64,000 nt of DNA, from contig CBDBOV010000006.1 of assembly GCA_965208575.1 (NCBI GenBank), positions 640,001 through 704,000 of the forward strand, in the 5' to 3' direction. Position numbers and translations under genes: made by a program. This stretch comes from Spirochaetia bacterium (lineage in GTDB: Bacteria; Spirochaetota; Spirochaetia; SZUA-6; Bin103). Shown one piece after another: positions 29,981-40,759 of the stretch. The stretch's first letter is position 1. Each line of letters begins with the position of its first letter. Under the pieces are notes generated by a model. The model was not told where the DNA came from, made no database searches, and saw only the letters and a program-made list of their open reading frames with translations.

Positions 29981-30880
29981 TCAGCCGGCGCGGCGGCGGG
30001 CGGACTGCTCGCGCAGGCGCGTGCGCGCCTCGTCCCAGGAGGAGTAGGCGCCGAGCGTGTGCGGATGGCGGCTGCGCACCACCAGCGGCGGGCGCCCGCT
30101 GCGGTCGAGGGCCGCCTGCAACGCGGTGTCGCCGATGCGCTCGGGCTCGCTCTGCTCGCGGTAGCCGGGGGTCTCCCGGAAGCGCACGTCGACGCTCCAG
30201 CGCACGCCGTCGCCGTGGTTCACGTCGCTGCCGTGAAAGGTGAGGTTGTGGAACGCCAGGAAGTCGCCGCACCGCATCGGCTCCGGGACCGGCGTGCCGC
30301 GCCGCGTTACGTCTTCGAAGCTCACCATGTTGTGGTCGGCGCGGCGCGCGCCCGGCAGCAGGCCCCACTGGTGGCTGCCGGGAATGAGCTGCAGGCAGCC
30401 GTTGTGCTCGTCCACGTCGACCAGCGGGATCCACACCGAGATCACCAGGATGTGGCCGGTTTCGGGGCCGTAGTATTGGCTGTCCTGGTGCAGCGGAAAG
30501 GCGGTGTTGGTGCGGCCGGGCAGCTTGGGCCGCAGGTGGTAATCGCCGTTGAAGGAAATCTCCTCGCCGAGCAGCGGCTGCAGGGCGTCCAGGATCGCCT
30601 CGTGCCGCACCAGCGCGTACAACTCCGGCGAGAACAGGAACGTGTTCCAGGAGCGCATGCGCGACTCCGCGTCGCGGTACAGCAGCGCCAGCCGCCGCTC
30701 GAAGGAGGCGCCGGCGTGGATCGACCCGATGGCTCCCTCGGCGTGCAACTCGCGCGCATGGGCATCGACGTTGCGGTCGATGAGGTCGCGGATCGGCTGC
30801 AGCACCGAGTCCGGCAGCGCACCGCGCACGATGAAGTAGCCGTCGTTCTCGAACTGCTCGGGCGGGGAGGCTGTTGTCAT
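29981..30880 (-). CDS. Phytanoyl-CoA dioxygenase (PhyH) family Fe/2OG enzyme
   Basis: FENDGY, HQD, WIPL.D....NGCL..IPGSH, HGS..N....R. Confidence 0.9.
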   Translation of the reverse strand: MTTASPPEQFENDGYFIVRGALPDSVLQPIRDLIDRNVDAHARELHAEGAIGSIHAGASFERRLALLYRDAESRMRSWNTFLFSPELYALVRHEAILDALQPLLGEEISFNGDYHLRPKLPGRTNTAFPLHQDSQYYGPETGHILVISVWIPLVDVDEHNGCLQLIPGSHQWGLLPGARRADHNMVSFEDVTRRGTPVPEPMRCGDFLAFHNLTFHGSDVNHGDGVRWSVDVRFRETPGYREQSEPERIGDTALQAALDRSGRPPLVVRSRHPHTLGAYSSWDEARTRLREQSARRRAG

Positions 30881-30982
30881 TCGTGTCTCCGCGTGACGAC
30901 GGATCTTACCACCACGTATCGCCGCGCGGGTAGGCCTGGGTGTACGCGCCGGTGGCGCTGGTGACCGGCGGCGGGCGGGGCA

Positions 30983-31912
30983 TCACTTGTCGTCGCCTTC
31001 CGGTGATCGGTGCCGATCCTCGCGTGGTTTACGGCGCCCGGCTCGTACGGCAATCACGCTGGCGGCGATGATCAGCAGGGTTCCGGCGGCCATGAACCAG
31101 TCTGGGCGTTCGTCCCAGATCAGCCACGCGAGTACGGCGGCGAACAGCACCGACGTGTAGTGCAGCGTGCCCACGCGGTCGGCCGGGGCAATCAGGCAGC
31201 CGCGGGCGAAGATGACATGGGCGGCCGTGGAGAACCCGCCAAGCATCGCCAGCGCAAGCCAGGTGTCCGCCGGCGGCAGGCGTGGTGCGGCGAGTACCGG
31301 ACCGCCCGTGATGAAAATGCCGATGAGTGCGAAGTAGACGGCGATGCGGGCCGCGCTCTCCTCCTTCGGCATGCGCCACACGGCTACCACGGCGAGTCCG
31401 CCCAGCACACCCGCCGCGAGTCCGACCAGTGCGGCGGGCTCGAACAGGGCCGTGCCCGGCTTGAGAATGAGCGCGGCGCCCGCGAAACCGACCAGCACGG
31501 CAATCAGCACGGGCCGGCTCAGCGGGAATCGGAACAGCAGCAATCCGAGGATCGGGACGAAGATCGGCGCGCTGAAGTTGAGCAGCACGGCCTCGGCCAG
31601 CGGAATCACCGAGACCGCGTAGTAGTAGCACAGCAGCGACACCACCACGGCTACGCCGCGCATCACGATCAGCCCGGTGTGGGCCGGTCGTATGGAATCG
31701 GGCCAGCGCAAGACGATCCACGGCACCAGAATCAGCAGGCTGAGCACGTTGCGCCAGAACAGCACCTCGACGCTCGACAGTCCGGCACTCGCCAGCCTGA
31801 TCGCCACCCCAGCCAGCGCGAACACAAGGCCCGACGCAGCCACCAACGCTGCTCCGGCAAGCATATGGCGCCGGCCGGGTCCGTCCTCGGACGTTGTACT
31901 CTGTCGGTTCAT
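30983..31912 (-). CDS. DMT/EamA family transporter
   Basis: About 10 TM helices; EVLFWR, L.F.APIF, GF.G..LILKP. Confidence 0.88.
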   Translation of the reverse strand: MNRQSTTSEDGPGRRHMLAGAALVAASGLVFALAGVAIRLASAGLSSVEVLFWRNVLSLLILVPWIVLRWPDSIRPAHTGLIVMRGVAVVVSLLCYYYAVSVIPLAEAVLLNFSAPIFVPILGLLLFRFPLSRPVLIAVLVGFAGAALILKPGTALFEPAALVGLAAGVLGGLAVVAVWRMPKEESAARIAVYFALIGIFITGGPVLAAPRLPPADTWLALAMLGGFSTAAHVIFARGCLIAPADRVGTLHYTSVLFAAVLAWLIWDERPDWFMAAGTLLIIAASVIAVRAGRRKPREDRHRSPEGDDK

Positions 31913-32014
31913 GGTCTACGCCCAGGCTCGTCGCGAGTAAAGACGTGTTGGTCGCAGGGACGTGCAATCGTAAACCAAGGGATTCCGGGCGATTCTTGCG
32001 GTGGGCGACCTCGG

Positions 32015-34882
32015 CTATCCCTCGCCAGAGCCGACCGCTATCGAGCCACCGGAGATTCTCCGGCGGAGCAGCGCTACGGTGTCCATCACCTCCGCAGGCA
32101 GCGCCTCAAGCTCTTCACCCAACTCTGCCCGAACGGCATGCCAAAGAGGCTCCATCGTTTCAACCAAACCTGTCTCATGCATTATCGTTTTGACTCGGGC
32201 GGCATACCCCGCCGCCGCTGCGCGGATCAATGAGTCCACCACCTCCTGCCCGGCTCTTCCTTTCGCCTGTCCCTCATTCAATCGAAGCGCTTGTTCGAAT
32301 CGGTCCAAGCCCTCGTCCCAGTTCCCTCGCCAGCTCAGCACATCGGCCAGCGCATGTAGCGCAATGCGGCTTTCTGGGTCCAAATCGACAGCACGCTTGG
32401 CGAACTTCGCGGCCTCTGATGCGCGTCCATCGTCCGCCTGCAGGAATAGGATCCTTGCTCTATATGCCCACGATTCGGCGTGTTCTTGACTGACTTCGGT
32501 GGCTGTTTGGAATACACTATCCGCCTCACGGTAGCGCTCCTGTGCAATCAACATGCGTCCACTCAGAGTCAGTGTATCAGATGCCGTAGTCAGCAACGGA
32601 GCTGGATCATTATCGTGAACGTACCGCATGACTTTGGGCCACTCTGTCACCGCACTATCGTATCTCCACTGCGATGATTGAGACAACCATTTTCCTCCCA
32701 GAGCCACGATAGCAAGTCTACGAATATCCGGGGAGTCGTTGCTAGTAACGTAGTCGAATATCAATTTGCAGCACTCCTCGACATCCTCGAACCTATCTCG
32801 CTCACTTAGCCAAACACAGTTTTCTGATAGCCCACGAACAACAGATCCACGAAGTTCTTCGGAATCCTCAACATGTACATAGTTGACGAGACGTCGCCGG
32901 ACATTGATAGCCTGTTCGTCGTGCTTGAGTTTGGAAAAAATCACGCTGGCCTGCAGAATAGCTCTTACGGCGACGAGACGATGGGCCGGATGGTCATCTC
33001 TTTGAATGAAATCAAGTACGCGCATCAAAGGTGGGACCGCATCCGCAACATGCTCCGAACGGATGAGCAGGACACTCTTCGTCAAAAACGCGAGACCGAG
33101 GGCGCCACGTACCCAGACCGTCATCTCGTCGGACACGGGACTCTCCGTCACCATTTCGACGACGCGAAAGGCTTCCTTTTTTCTATTGAGGGCCCAGAGA
33201 GCCTCACTTTTCAATACACAAAACAGGATACCCCATGCTGTGTCGGAGCGTTCGCCGGTGTTTCTGAATGCCCCTTCTATCGATAACAGGGCGTCTTCGA
33301 AGCGGCGCTGCCACATCGACACCACTGTAAGCCGGAGCCAGATCACCTCTACTTGGGGCATACGTTCTGCTGCCTTGCGCAAGGTTCTCTCGGCATCAGC
33401 AAGACGACCTTGGTTGATCAGCTCATCGGTTCGGACTATCCATTCGCGTTCCACTTCATCATGCGGCCGACAACGCGCGAATGCTTCTTCGATCTCGCCA
33501 ACAAGTACAGAGTCCCGTCCGAACCGATCAATGATGATCGCCACCGCTTGCTGCCGCCAATCGTCACGGTCTGGAAACTCTCGGTCGGCGGCGACACGCG
33601 GCGCCAGCACACCCAACAGCTCCGAAACATCTCCTGTTTCCAGCACATGACGACGCAGCGAAGTAAGCGCGGCAGAGTACATCATCCGCATGCCGGCGGA
33701 GCCAAACAGGTCGTGAAGAAAGCCCACTAGCCGTTCGAGACGATCACGTCCCGATGATGAGAATCGCAGGAGGTAGTAGATATTGTAGAACCGGTCGCCT
33801 ACTTCGTACCGCGTCCGCTTGCTGTGCGGGAGCTTAATCTCGCGTACGTAGCCCTTCTCTACCAGCTGCTTGAGCTGCGCGCTAGCGTGAGAAGAACTCA
33901 GCTTGGCCGAGGCAGCCACCTCCTTAGCGAGAAGCGGTTTCCATCTTTCCGAAATACAGTGGAATACTTTGCGTGATTGGCCCGGTAAGTCCTCGATCCG
34001 CGCCTTGAAATAGGGGGTCTGTTCGTCGATCAGGCGTTCCAAGTCCTCTACGACTGAACCGAGTGGAGACGCTATCAGCAAGCGGCAGGCAAGACCTAAT
34101 AGCCGTGGGTTGCCACCAGTGAGCTGTCGGATCGTCTCCAGACGACCGTGGTCCATGTGTAGTGCGCCACAAACCATCGGTCTGCCCTCGGAACTCGCCA
34201 CAGCTTCCAAGATCCGGCGAGTTTCCTCTGGTCCGATGCCCTCCAGCTTGAACACGCGAAAGAACTCGTAGAGCGGTTCGCCGTATCCACCGATCGCTTC
34301 GAAGAACGCGTTCGCAGAACCAAGCAGCAGGATTTCGGGACGCTGGATCAGTGTGGCGCGCAGGCTGTGGATCTCCCGCTCATCATGAATCTGGCCGATC
34401 ACGGAGTCGAGGTTCTCGACAAACAGGATCAGCCGCCTGCCACTCCCTCGGCTGAAGTCCATGAGTTCAGCGAGTGCGTATGCAGCGGCGCGTTCCAGAT
34501 CTCCCTCGTCCTTGGTGATCGCCTCTGCTCTTTCTTCCCACCGCGGTTCGCCGGTCGCACGTGTCAGATGGCGTAGCGCATGAATCCAGAAATCGGCGGA
34601 ACTCACGATCCCATAGCTCTCCTCATGGAACGCCACGGGCTGCCAGCAATTGCGCAGGTCCGGGTCGTCCTCGATCGCGTACAGGAACCGCAGACCGAGG
34701 GTCGTCTTCCCCATTCCGCGGGGACCGATGAGCATCATGTGCTGGCAGGGCCCGCCTGCCGCCTGCTCGCGAATGACCCGAAGCAACTCTGCAAGGGTAT
34801 CCGTGCGCGCAACGAACGACTCCTTCAATTCATAGGGAGTGAGGTGGGCCGGGTTGTGGGTGCGGCGCCGGATCACTGCCAT
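32015..34882 (-). CDS. STAND-like ATPase with wHTH and TPR repeats
   Basis: GPRGMGKT, LFVENLD, TGGNPR, wHTH (LKQLVEKGYV), helical TPR-like C-terminus; TGATG coupling to the upstream gene. Confidence 0.8.
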   Translation of the reverse strand: MAVIRRRTHNPAHLTPYELKESFVARTDTLAELLRVIREQAAGGPCQHMMLIGPRGMGKTTLGLRFLYAIEDDPDLRNCWQPVAFHEESYGIVSSADFWIHALRHLTRATGEPRWEERAEAITKDEGDLERAAAYALAELMDFSRGSGRRLILFVENLDSVIGQIHDEREIHSLRATLIQRPEILLLGSANAFFEAIGGYGEPLYEFFRVFKLEGIGPEETRRILEAVASSEGRPMVCGALHMDHGRLETIRQLTGGNPRLLGLACRLLIASPLGSVVEDLERLIDEQTPYFKARIEDLPGQSRKVFHCISERWKPLLAKEVAASAKLSSSHASAQLKQLVEKGYVREIKLPHSKRTRYEVGDRFYNIYYLLRFSSSGRDRLERLVGFLHDLFGSAGMRMMYSAALTSLRRHVLETGDVSELLGVLAPRVAADREFPDRDDWRQQAVAIIIDRFGRDSVLVGEIEEAFARCRPHDEVEREWIVRTDELINQGRLADAERTLRKAAERMPQVEVIWLRLTVVSMWQRRFEDALLSIEGAFRNTGERSDTAWGILFCVLKSEALWALNRKKEAFRVVEMVTESPVSDEMTVWVRGALGLAFLTKSVLLIRSEHVADAVPPLMRVLDFIQRDDHPAHRLVAVRAILQASVIFSKLKHDEQAINVRRRLVNYVHVEDSEELRGSVVRGLSENCVWLSERDRFEDVEECCKLIFDYVTSNDSPDIRRLAIVALGGKWLSQSSQWRYDSAVTEWPKVMRYVHDNDPAPLLTTASDTLTLSGRMLIAQERYREADSVFQTATEVSQEHAESWAYRARILFLQADDGRASEAAKFAKRAVDLDPESRIALHALADVLSWRGNWDEGLDRFEQALRLNEGQAKGRAGQEVVDSLIRAAAAGYAARVKTIMHETGLVETMEPLWHAVRAELGEELEALPAEVMDTVALLRRRISGGSIAVGSGEG

Positions 34883-35971
34883 CAGCCCCTGACGTGGTGT
34901 TTCCGCCACCATACACGGAGCAGGTTTGAGCGGAAGACCAATCGCCGATCGCCTTCAACCACGTATCCGTCAGCCTTCAGGTCGCGCAGTACCGACTGGA
35001 ATGTCGGCTCACTCCCCCTGCTCAGTCGTCCAAGGTCTGACAGGCGAACACCATCGCGGTTCCGACAGGCGAAGCCAAGAATGGAGCGCGCCATCGCGTG
35101 TTCCTGCTCATCTAGTGCAAGTTCAAGGCGCTTCTCGTAGTGGTCCAGGTGGGCGGTCCCGCTCTGTCCAGCGAGTCTCTCGCCGAAACAACGATCGATC
35201 GTTTCCGGCGACACCAGCGATGAGTTCCCTCTACACTCGTCGCAAAGCGTCGAGACGAAGAGTTGCACATGGTACGGAACGGGGTCGACCAGCAGGTCCA
35301 GGATGCGAGCGATTGACTGGTCACCGAGCCGGAAGTCGATGTCGTACCCGAGTTTGTGGAGGAACTGGGCAGCGGTAGAGCGGTCCCACGGGTCGACGCG
35401 GAACGGGACGAGGTCGTTGATCGTTGCCGACAGCCCGGCACGCCGCAGAATTCCCTCCAGTCCAATGGAGCCGCCAACTAACGTGTGGATCGTACCGCGC
35501 ACCCCCGCCGCCTGCCGCCATTGCCGGAGCCGAGAAAGCAGGAGATCGGCTTCGCTGCTTCGGTCGCCATAGCGGAGCATGCGCGAAATCAGAATCGGCA
35601 ACTCGTCCAAGATGATCAGTAGTCTGCGGCCGTCGGGAGCGACACTGATTAGCCGATCCTGTAGCTGAGTCGCGACGCGATCCCACTCGCGGCCGATCGC
35701 CCGTTTGAGTTCCACTCGCAACACGCCGACATCGACGTTGGCCGACATGCCGTCCAGTACACTCTTGATGGCGCCCGAAAATGGGATGGCCTCGAAGCGT
35801 GTTCGATACCGGGAGTCGGCCGCCAACGCGGCAAGCATGGCCGCCACGCAATCTTCCGGGCCGTCACCACCCTCCACGTCGACGTTGATGACGAGCCAGT
35901 TGTTCCTCGGTGACCGGTGGAGTTCCAGCATCAGGCTGGTCTTGCCAACACGCCGGGGTGCGAGCATTAGC

Positions 35972-37948
35972 CCGAGGTTTGAGAGGCCGTTCTTGTAACT
36001 GTTTACTATTACAGGAATTAGCGTGTTCATGGGTGTAAATCGTGTCCATGTAAATAGTCCTGTGGTTCAGCGTTAATTTTCTCTCATCTGGTTGACATGT
36101 AATTATTAAATGATCTACCATTCCCTCCGTAGGGTGCCCATGTACATCGACACCGTCCCCAACCGCAACTCTCCCCCAGCCGTCCTCCTCCGCGAGTCCT
36201 TCCGCCAGCACGGCAAGGTCAAAAAACGCACCATCGCCAACCTCTCCAAGTGGCCCGATCACCTCGTCGAGGGTTTGCGCGTCCTCCTCAACGGCGGTAT
36301 CGCTCTGCGCTCTCCCAACGAACTGCTCTCCATCTTGCGCAGCTATCCCCACGGCCACGTCGCCGCCGTCCTCGGTTCCCTCCGCAAGCTCTCCCTCCAT
36401 TCCCTCGTCGCTCGTCCCGCCTCCCGTGAACGCGACCTGGTCGTCGCCATGATCGTCGCTCGCGTCGTCGACGCTCGCTCCAAACTCGCCACCGCTCGCG
36501 GCCTGAACCCCGAAAGCGCCGTCTCCTCCCTCGGCCACCTGCTGCAGTTGGGAGCCGTCGACGAGAATGAGCTGTATGCCGCCATGGATTGGCTGCTCGC
36601 TCGCCAGCACGGCATCGAGCAGCGCTTGGCCAAGCGCCATCTGCATGACAACACGCTCATGTTGTACGACCTGACTTCCAGTTACTTCCATGGCCACACC
36701 TGCCCGTTGGCGCGCCGTGGTCACAGCCGCGACGGCAAACGCGGCACCTTGCAGATCGTGTTCGGCCTGCTGTGTACCGCAGACGGCTGTCCCATCGCCG
36801 TCGAGGTATTCGAGGGCTCCACCAGTGACCCCAAGACGGTCGCCGCTCAGGTCGACAAGATTCGCAACCGTTTCGGCTTGCAGCGCGTCGTGCTGGTCGG
36901 CGACCGCGGCATGCTCACCGGCGCGCGCATCCGCGAGGACCTGCAGGGGATCGACGGCCTGCGCTGGATCACGACCCTGCGGGCGCCCACCATCCGCAAG
37001 CTGATCGAGGCCGGCGAAGTGGCGCAGACCATGTTCGACGAGCGTGACCTGGCGGAGATCAGCTCACCCGAGTTCCCCGGCGAGCGGCTGATCGTGTGCC
37101 GCAACCCGATCCTGGCCGAGCAACGGCAGCGCAAGAGGCAGAAGTTGCTGGCCTCCACGGAGGAGGAACTGACGCCGATCGTGACGGCCACGCAGCGCGC
37201 CAAAAAGCCGCTGCGCGGCGCCGCCGCGATCGGCCTGCGGGTGGGCAAGGTGATCAACCACTACAAGGTGGGCAAGCATTTCACCACCACCATCACCGAC
37301 GACTCGTTCTCGTTCGTGCGTGACCTGGACAAGATCGCGGCCGAGGAAGAACTGGACGGGCTCTACATCGTGCGCTCCAACGTGGAGCCGGAGCTGTTCG
37401 ACGCCGAGCAGACGGTGACGGCGTACAAGGATCTGGCCAAGGTGGAGCGCGCCTTCCGCAGCATGAAAACGGTGGATCTGAAGGTGCGACCGATCTATCA
37501 CCGCAGTGCTGACCGGGTGCGGGCGCACGTGTTCCTGTGCATGCTGGCCTACTACGTGGAGTGGCACATGCGCAGCAAGCTGGCGCCGGTGCTGTTCGAC
37601 GACCACGACCGCGCCGCCGGCGAGGCGCTGCGCGAGTCGGTGGTGCAACCGGCGGAACGCTCACCGGCCGCACACCGGAAGGCGGCGAGCAAGCGTACCG
37701 ACGACGGTCTGCCGGTGCACAGCTTTCGCAGCCTGATGAGCGAGTTGGGGACGCTGACGGCCAACCGCGTGCGGATAGTGGATAGCGGCGCCACGTTCAC
37801 CATGCACAGCGAACCGACCGCGCTGCAGCAGCGCTGTTTCGATCTCCTGGAGGTCAGCGCCCAAGTGTAGCCAGTAACGGACATCGGCTGTTGAGCGCAA
37901 TTTTCAGATCAATAACGAATTAACAAGATTCCCGCTCTGGAACTTCGG
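35972..37948 (+). mobile_element. IS1634-family element, copy 1 (1977 bp)
   Basis: Ends CCGAGGTT / AACTTCGG; 6-bp target duplication ATTAGC at 35966-35971 and 37949-37954. Confidence 0.93.
36140..37870 (+). CDS. IS1634 transposase
   Basis: LYDLTSSYF, GHSRDG, VGDRGM, YKDLAKVERAFRSMK, RVRAHVFLCMLAY. Confidence 0.95.
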   Translation: MYIDTVPNRNSPPAVLLRESFRQHGKVKKRTIANLSKWPDHLVEGLRVLLNGGIALRSPNELLSILRSYPHGHVAAVLGSLRKLSLHSLVARPASRERDLVVAMIVARVVDARSKLATARGLNPESAVSSLGHLLQLGAVDENELYAAMDWLLARQHGIEQRLAKRHLHDNTLMLYDLTSSYFHGHTCPLARRGHSRDGKRGTLQIVFGLLCTADGCPIAVEVFEGSTSDPKTVAAQVDKIRNRFGLQRVVLVGDRGMLTGARIREDLQGIDGLRWITTLRAPTIRKLIEAGEVAQTMFDERDLAEISSPEFPGERLIVCRNPILAEQRQRKRQKLLASTEEELTPIVTATQRAKKPLRGAAAIGLRVGKVINHYKVGKHFTTTITDDSFSFVRDLDKIAAEEELDGLYIVRSNVEPELFDAEQTVTAYKDLAKVERAFRSMKTVDLKVRPIYHRSADRVRAHVFLCMLAYYVEWHMRSKLAPVLFDDHDRAAGEALRESVVQPAERSPAAHRKAASKRTDDGLPVHSFRSLMSELGTLTANRVRIVDSGATFTMHSEPTALQQRCFDLLEVSAQV

Positions 37949-38061
37949 ATTAGCACGTGCTCGCCTTGGTCGAAGCGCTCCCACAGGCGGGCAAGCTCGT
38001 AGTCTCGCCCGAAGAGGTCGTCGCCTACGACCGCTTGACCGATGATGTTCCTCACTCAAAC

Positions 38062-38107
38062 AAGATATTCGACAATGGATTTTTTGGCAATAGAGTTTTT
38101 GGCAATA
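38062..38107 (-). promoter_or_regulatory. Sigma70-type promoter of the ATPase operon with a direct repeat
   Basis: TTGCCA-N17-TATCTT, 6 nt before GTG 38055; TATTGCCAAAAA occurs twice. Confidence 0.6.
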
Positions 38108-38169
38108 TTTCTATTGTTAGATTGGGTATAGGTTTTCCGGTCTGGTCGCCAGCGGCGGCCGGTGCAGGT

Positions 38170-38511
38170 CTACCGGTTGCGGCGGAGGAGGAGGGCGAGG
38201 AGCCAGGCGGGGAGGCTGAGGAGGAGGGCGTAGATGACGATGGCGGCGGGGCCGAGCAGGCCGGCTACCAGGGTGGCGGCGACGGTGGCGACCGCCAGCA
38301 CGGCCATCATGATCCACGCGGCGATGCGGAAGCCCGTGCGGTGCAGCAGGCGGCAGGCGAAGGCGAGCAGCAGGCCGGCGGGGGCGACCGGCAGCAGCGA
38401 CAGCAGCGCCTGCGGCTCGGGCGGGATGCCCAGGCCGCGGATCAGGGCCGAGACGACCACTCCCGCGGGCAGCCACAGGAGGGCGAGCAGGAAGAACAGG
38501 GGGCGCGGCAC
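38170..38511 (-). CDS. Small 4-TM membrane protein
   Basis: Hydrophobic ORF starting 1 nt after the transporter stop codon. Confidence 0.7.
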   Translation of the reverse strand: MPRPLFFLLALLWLPAGVVVSALIRGLGIPPEPQALLSLLPVAPAGLLLAFACRLLHRTGFRIAAWIMMAVLAVATVAATLVAGLLGPAAIVIYALLLSLPAWLLALLLRRNR

Positions 38512-38512
38512 G

Positions 38513-40009
38513 CTAACCGATGCCGAACAGCTTGCCGGCCAGGCCCCAGCCGCTGATGCCGGCGAACGCGAACAGCACCAGCGCCGACAGCACGGCGCCG
38601 GCCAGCATCGGCAGCCGCGTGCGGTAGGCGGGCGGCAGCTTGAAGTTGAGGTACAGCGCCGCCGCCATCATCAGGGCGATCGACAGGTTGGCCAGCACGA
38701 AGCCGGCGATCTGGGTGAGAATGTCGAACGGAACGTCCAGCCACACGATCGAGAAGGTGGTCACCAGCAGGTAGCCGCACACCACCAGCTTGATGCGGTC
38801 GTAGTCCCACGTGCGCCGCGGGCTGATCGCCTGGCCGAACTCCTGCATCACGCGCGCGTAGATCTCCGGGAACGCCTGCAGCGTGCCCCACAGCGCGGCG
38901 ATGATCGCCACGTAGTAGATCCAGATCAGCGAACCGTGGATGTTGCTCCACACGTGGCGCTGCTCGGTGAGCAGGCTCCAGCCGGTGAAGCGGCTCTGCA
39001 GCGGGTACAGCACCGCGGCGCCGGACAGCATGAACGCCGCCGTCACGATGAACAGCACCACCGCCCCCATGCCGACGTCCCAGCGCAGCGGAGCGACGCT
39101 CTTGCGCACCAGCGCCACCTGCTCCGGCTCGTCGGGCAGGTAATCGATCGCCTCGTGCGCGAACGCGTGGCGGCGGAGCGCGTCGATGTCGCGGTGCGCG
39201 GTCATCCCCCAACGCCGGATGCCGACCCAGTTGGCGTACACGACGTAGCCCATCACCGAACCGCCCACGTACGCGAACGCGGTCGCCATGGTGAGCAGCG
39301 GATTGTCCACCGCGTCGCGCGGCGCCCACTCCGGGAACTCCGGCAGTTGCCCGAACCTGAGCGTGCCGAGCAGCGCCTCGCCCAGGTCCGGACGCACGAG
39401 CAGCGTGCCGAGGATCGTGCCGGCGACCAGGATGCTGCAGATCACGATCTGCTGCTTCTCCAGCTTCTCGTACGACAGGCGCAGGCAGAACGCCAGGGCG
39501 AGGAGGATGAACGCGCAGGTGATGAGGTTCTCGTAGACCGGTTCCGGGATCGAGGCCGGCAGCACGCCTTGCAGCAGGTAGTGGAACAGGTCGCCGCACG
39601 GCTTGGCGATCGGCACCCAGGCCAGCGGCGCGCCGATCATCTCCAGCACCACGATGGCGACCAGCAGCCAGCCGCGCGGCCCCGGCAGCCGCACCAGCCG
39701 GTGGCCGATGTGCTCGCCGCTGACCGCGGTGTAGCGGCCAAGCAGGTAGGTGACGAACACGCCCTTGACCACGCAGCTCAGCAGCACCAGCCACAACAGC
39801 CCGTAGCGCGCCCACGCGCCGGCGCGCACCACCACGATCGTCTCGCCGGCGCCGATGCTGACCGAGGCGACGATCGCCGCCGGCCCGAACACGGCCAGCA
39901 GCCCGACCAGCTTGCCGGCGGACCACGGCTGCGCGAACGCTCCTGCCAGCGGCGGCGCGGCGAACTTCCCCGATTCGCGGTCATGGCCCGCCGACCCAGC
40001 CTGACTCAT
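38513..40009 (-). CDS. NRAMP/APC-like transporter
   Basis: FGPAAIVASVSIGAGE, GA.ARYGLLW, about 11 TMs. Confidence 0.78.
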   Translation of the reverse strand: MSQAGSAGHDRESGKFAAPPLAGAFAQPWSAGKLVGLLAVFGPAAIVASVSIGAGETIVVVRAGAWARYGLLWLVLLSCVVKGVFVTYLLGRYTAVSGEHIGHRLVRLPGPRGWLLVAIVVLEMIGAPLAWVPIAKPCGDLFHYLLQGVLPASIPEPVYENLITCAFILLALAFCLRLSYEKLEKQQIVICSILVAGTILGTLLVRPDLGEALLGTLRFGQLPEFPEWAPRDAVDNPLLTMATAFAYVGGSVMGYVVYANWVGIRRWGMTAHRDIDALRRHAFAHEAIDYLPDEPEQVALVRKSVAPLRWDVGMGAVVLFIVTAAFMLSGAAVLYPLQSRFTGWSLLTEQRHVWSNIHGSLIWIYYVAIIAALWGTLQAFPEIYARVMQEFGQAISPRRTWDYDRIKLVVCGYLLVTTFSIVWLDVPFDILTQIAGFVLANLSIALMMAAALYLNFKLPPAYRTRLPMLAGAVLSALVLFAFAGISGWGLAGKLFGIG

Positions 40010-40263
40010 GACGGCGGTCATCCTACCACGTGTCCGGCTGTCAACTTCAGCCGCCCCCCGGGCCCCTCGGGCCGCGCTGATCCGGACCACGCCTGCGACG
40101 CGTACGACGGGGCCGCTGCTTGGGCTCATGGCGGCGCGCAGGGTAACCACCCGTGCGGTGTTCGAGCCGCCACGCCGGCAACGCGTTCCGTGGCGGCTGT
40201 GCGGGCTTGTGCGGGCTGCGTGAGTTCACGGGAGCGCGCGGCAAGCGTTATATTGCGGCCACC

Positions 40264-40722
40264 ATGTTGCAGAAAGGCGATCCCGCTCCCGATTTCTCCC
40301 TGAGCGACCAGGACGGCAACGTCCACACCCTCGCCGGCTACCGCGGCCGGAAGCTGCTGATCTACTTCTATCCGCGCGCCGACACCCCCGGCTGCACGCG
40401 CCAGTCGTGCGCCGTGCGCGACGCCCGCGACGACCTGGCCAGCCGCAACCTGGCCGCGGTCGGCGTCAGCCCCGACGTGCCGGAGGATCAGAAGAAGTTC
40501 GACGACAAGTTCGATCTCGGCTTTCCGCTGCTCGCCGACGCCGGACACAAGGTGGCCGAGGCGTACGGCGCGTGGGGCGAGAAGAAGATGTACGGGCGCA
40601 CCTCGATCGGCATCAAGCGCTCCTCGTTCCTGGTCGACGAGCAGGGCACCCTGGAGGGGGTGTGGTACAACGTCCGGCCGGAGGCGACCGTGCCGAAGGC
40701 GCTGCAGCAGGTCGACGGCTGA
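40264..40722 (+). CDS. bcp: Thioredoxin-dependent peroxiredoxin Bcp
   Basis: [29 protein letters not shown]. Confidence 0.93.
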   Translation: MLQKGDPAPDFSLSDQDGNVHTLAGYRGRKLLIYFYPRADTPGCTRQSCAVRDARDDLASRNLAAVGVSPDVPEDQKKFDDKFDLGFPLLADAGHKVAEAYGAWGEKKMYGRTSIGIKRSSFLVDEQGTLEGVWYNVRPEATVPKALQQVDG

Positions 40723-40759
40723 CTCCGCCGGCGCCCCGACCCGATCCCCCGAGCGAGCC

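Larger units (their letters stand above)
34882..38055 (-). pseudogene. AAA/STAND-like ATPase interrupted by IS1634
   Basis: MRNIIGQAVVGDDLFGR..EHVL (38055-37949) rejoins MLAPRRVGKTS..ILDE..GGSIG..wHTH. Confidence 0.85.
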
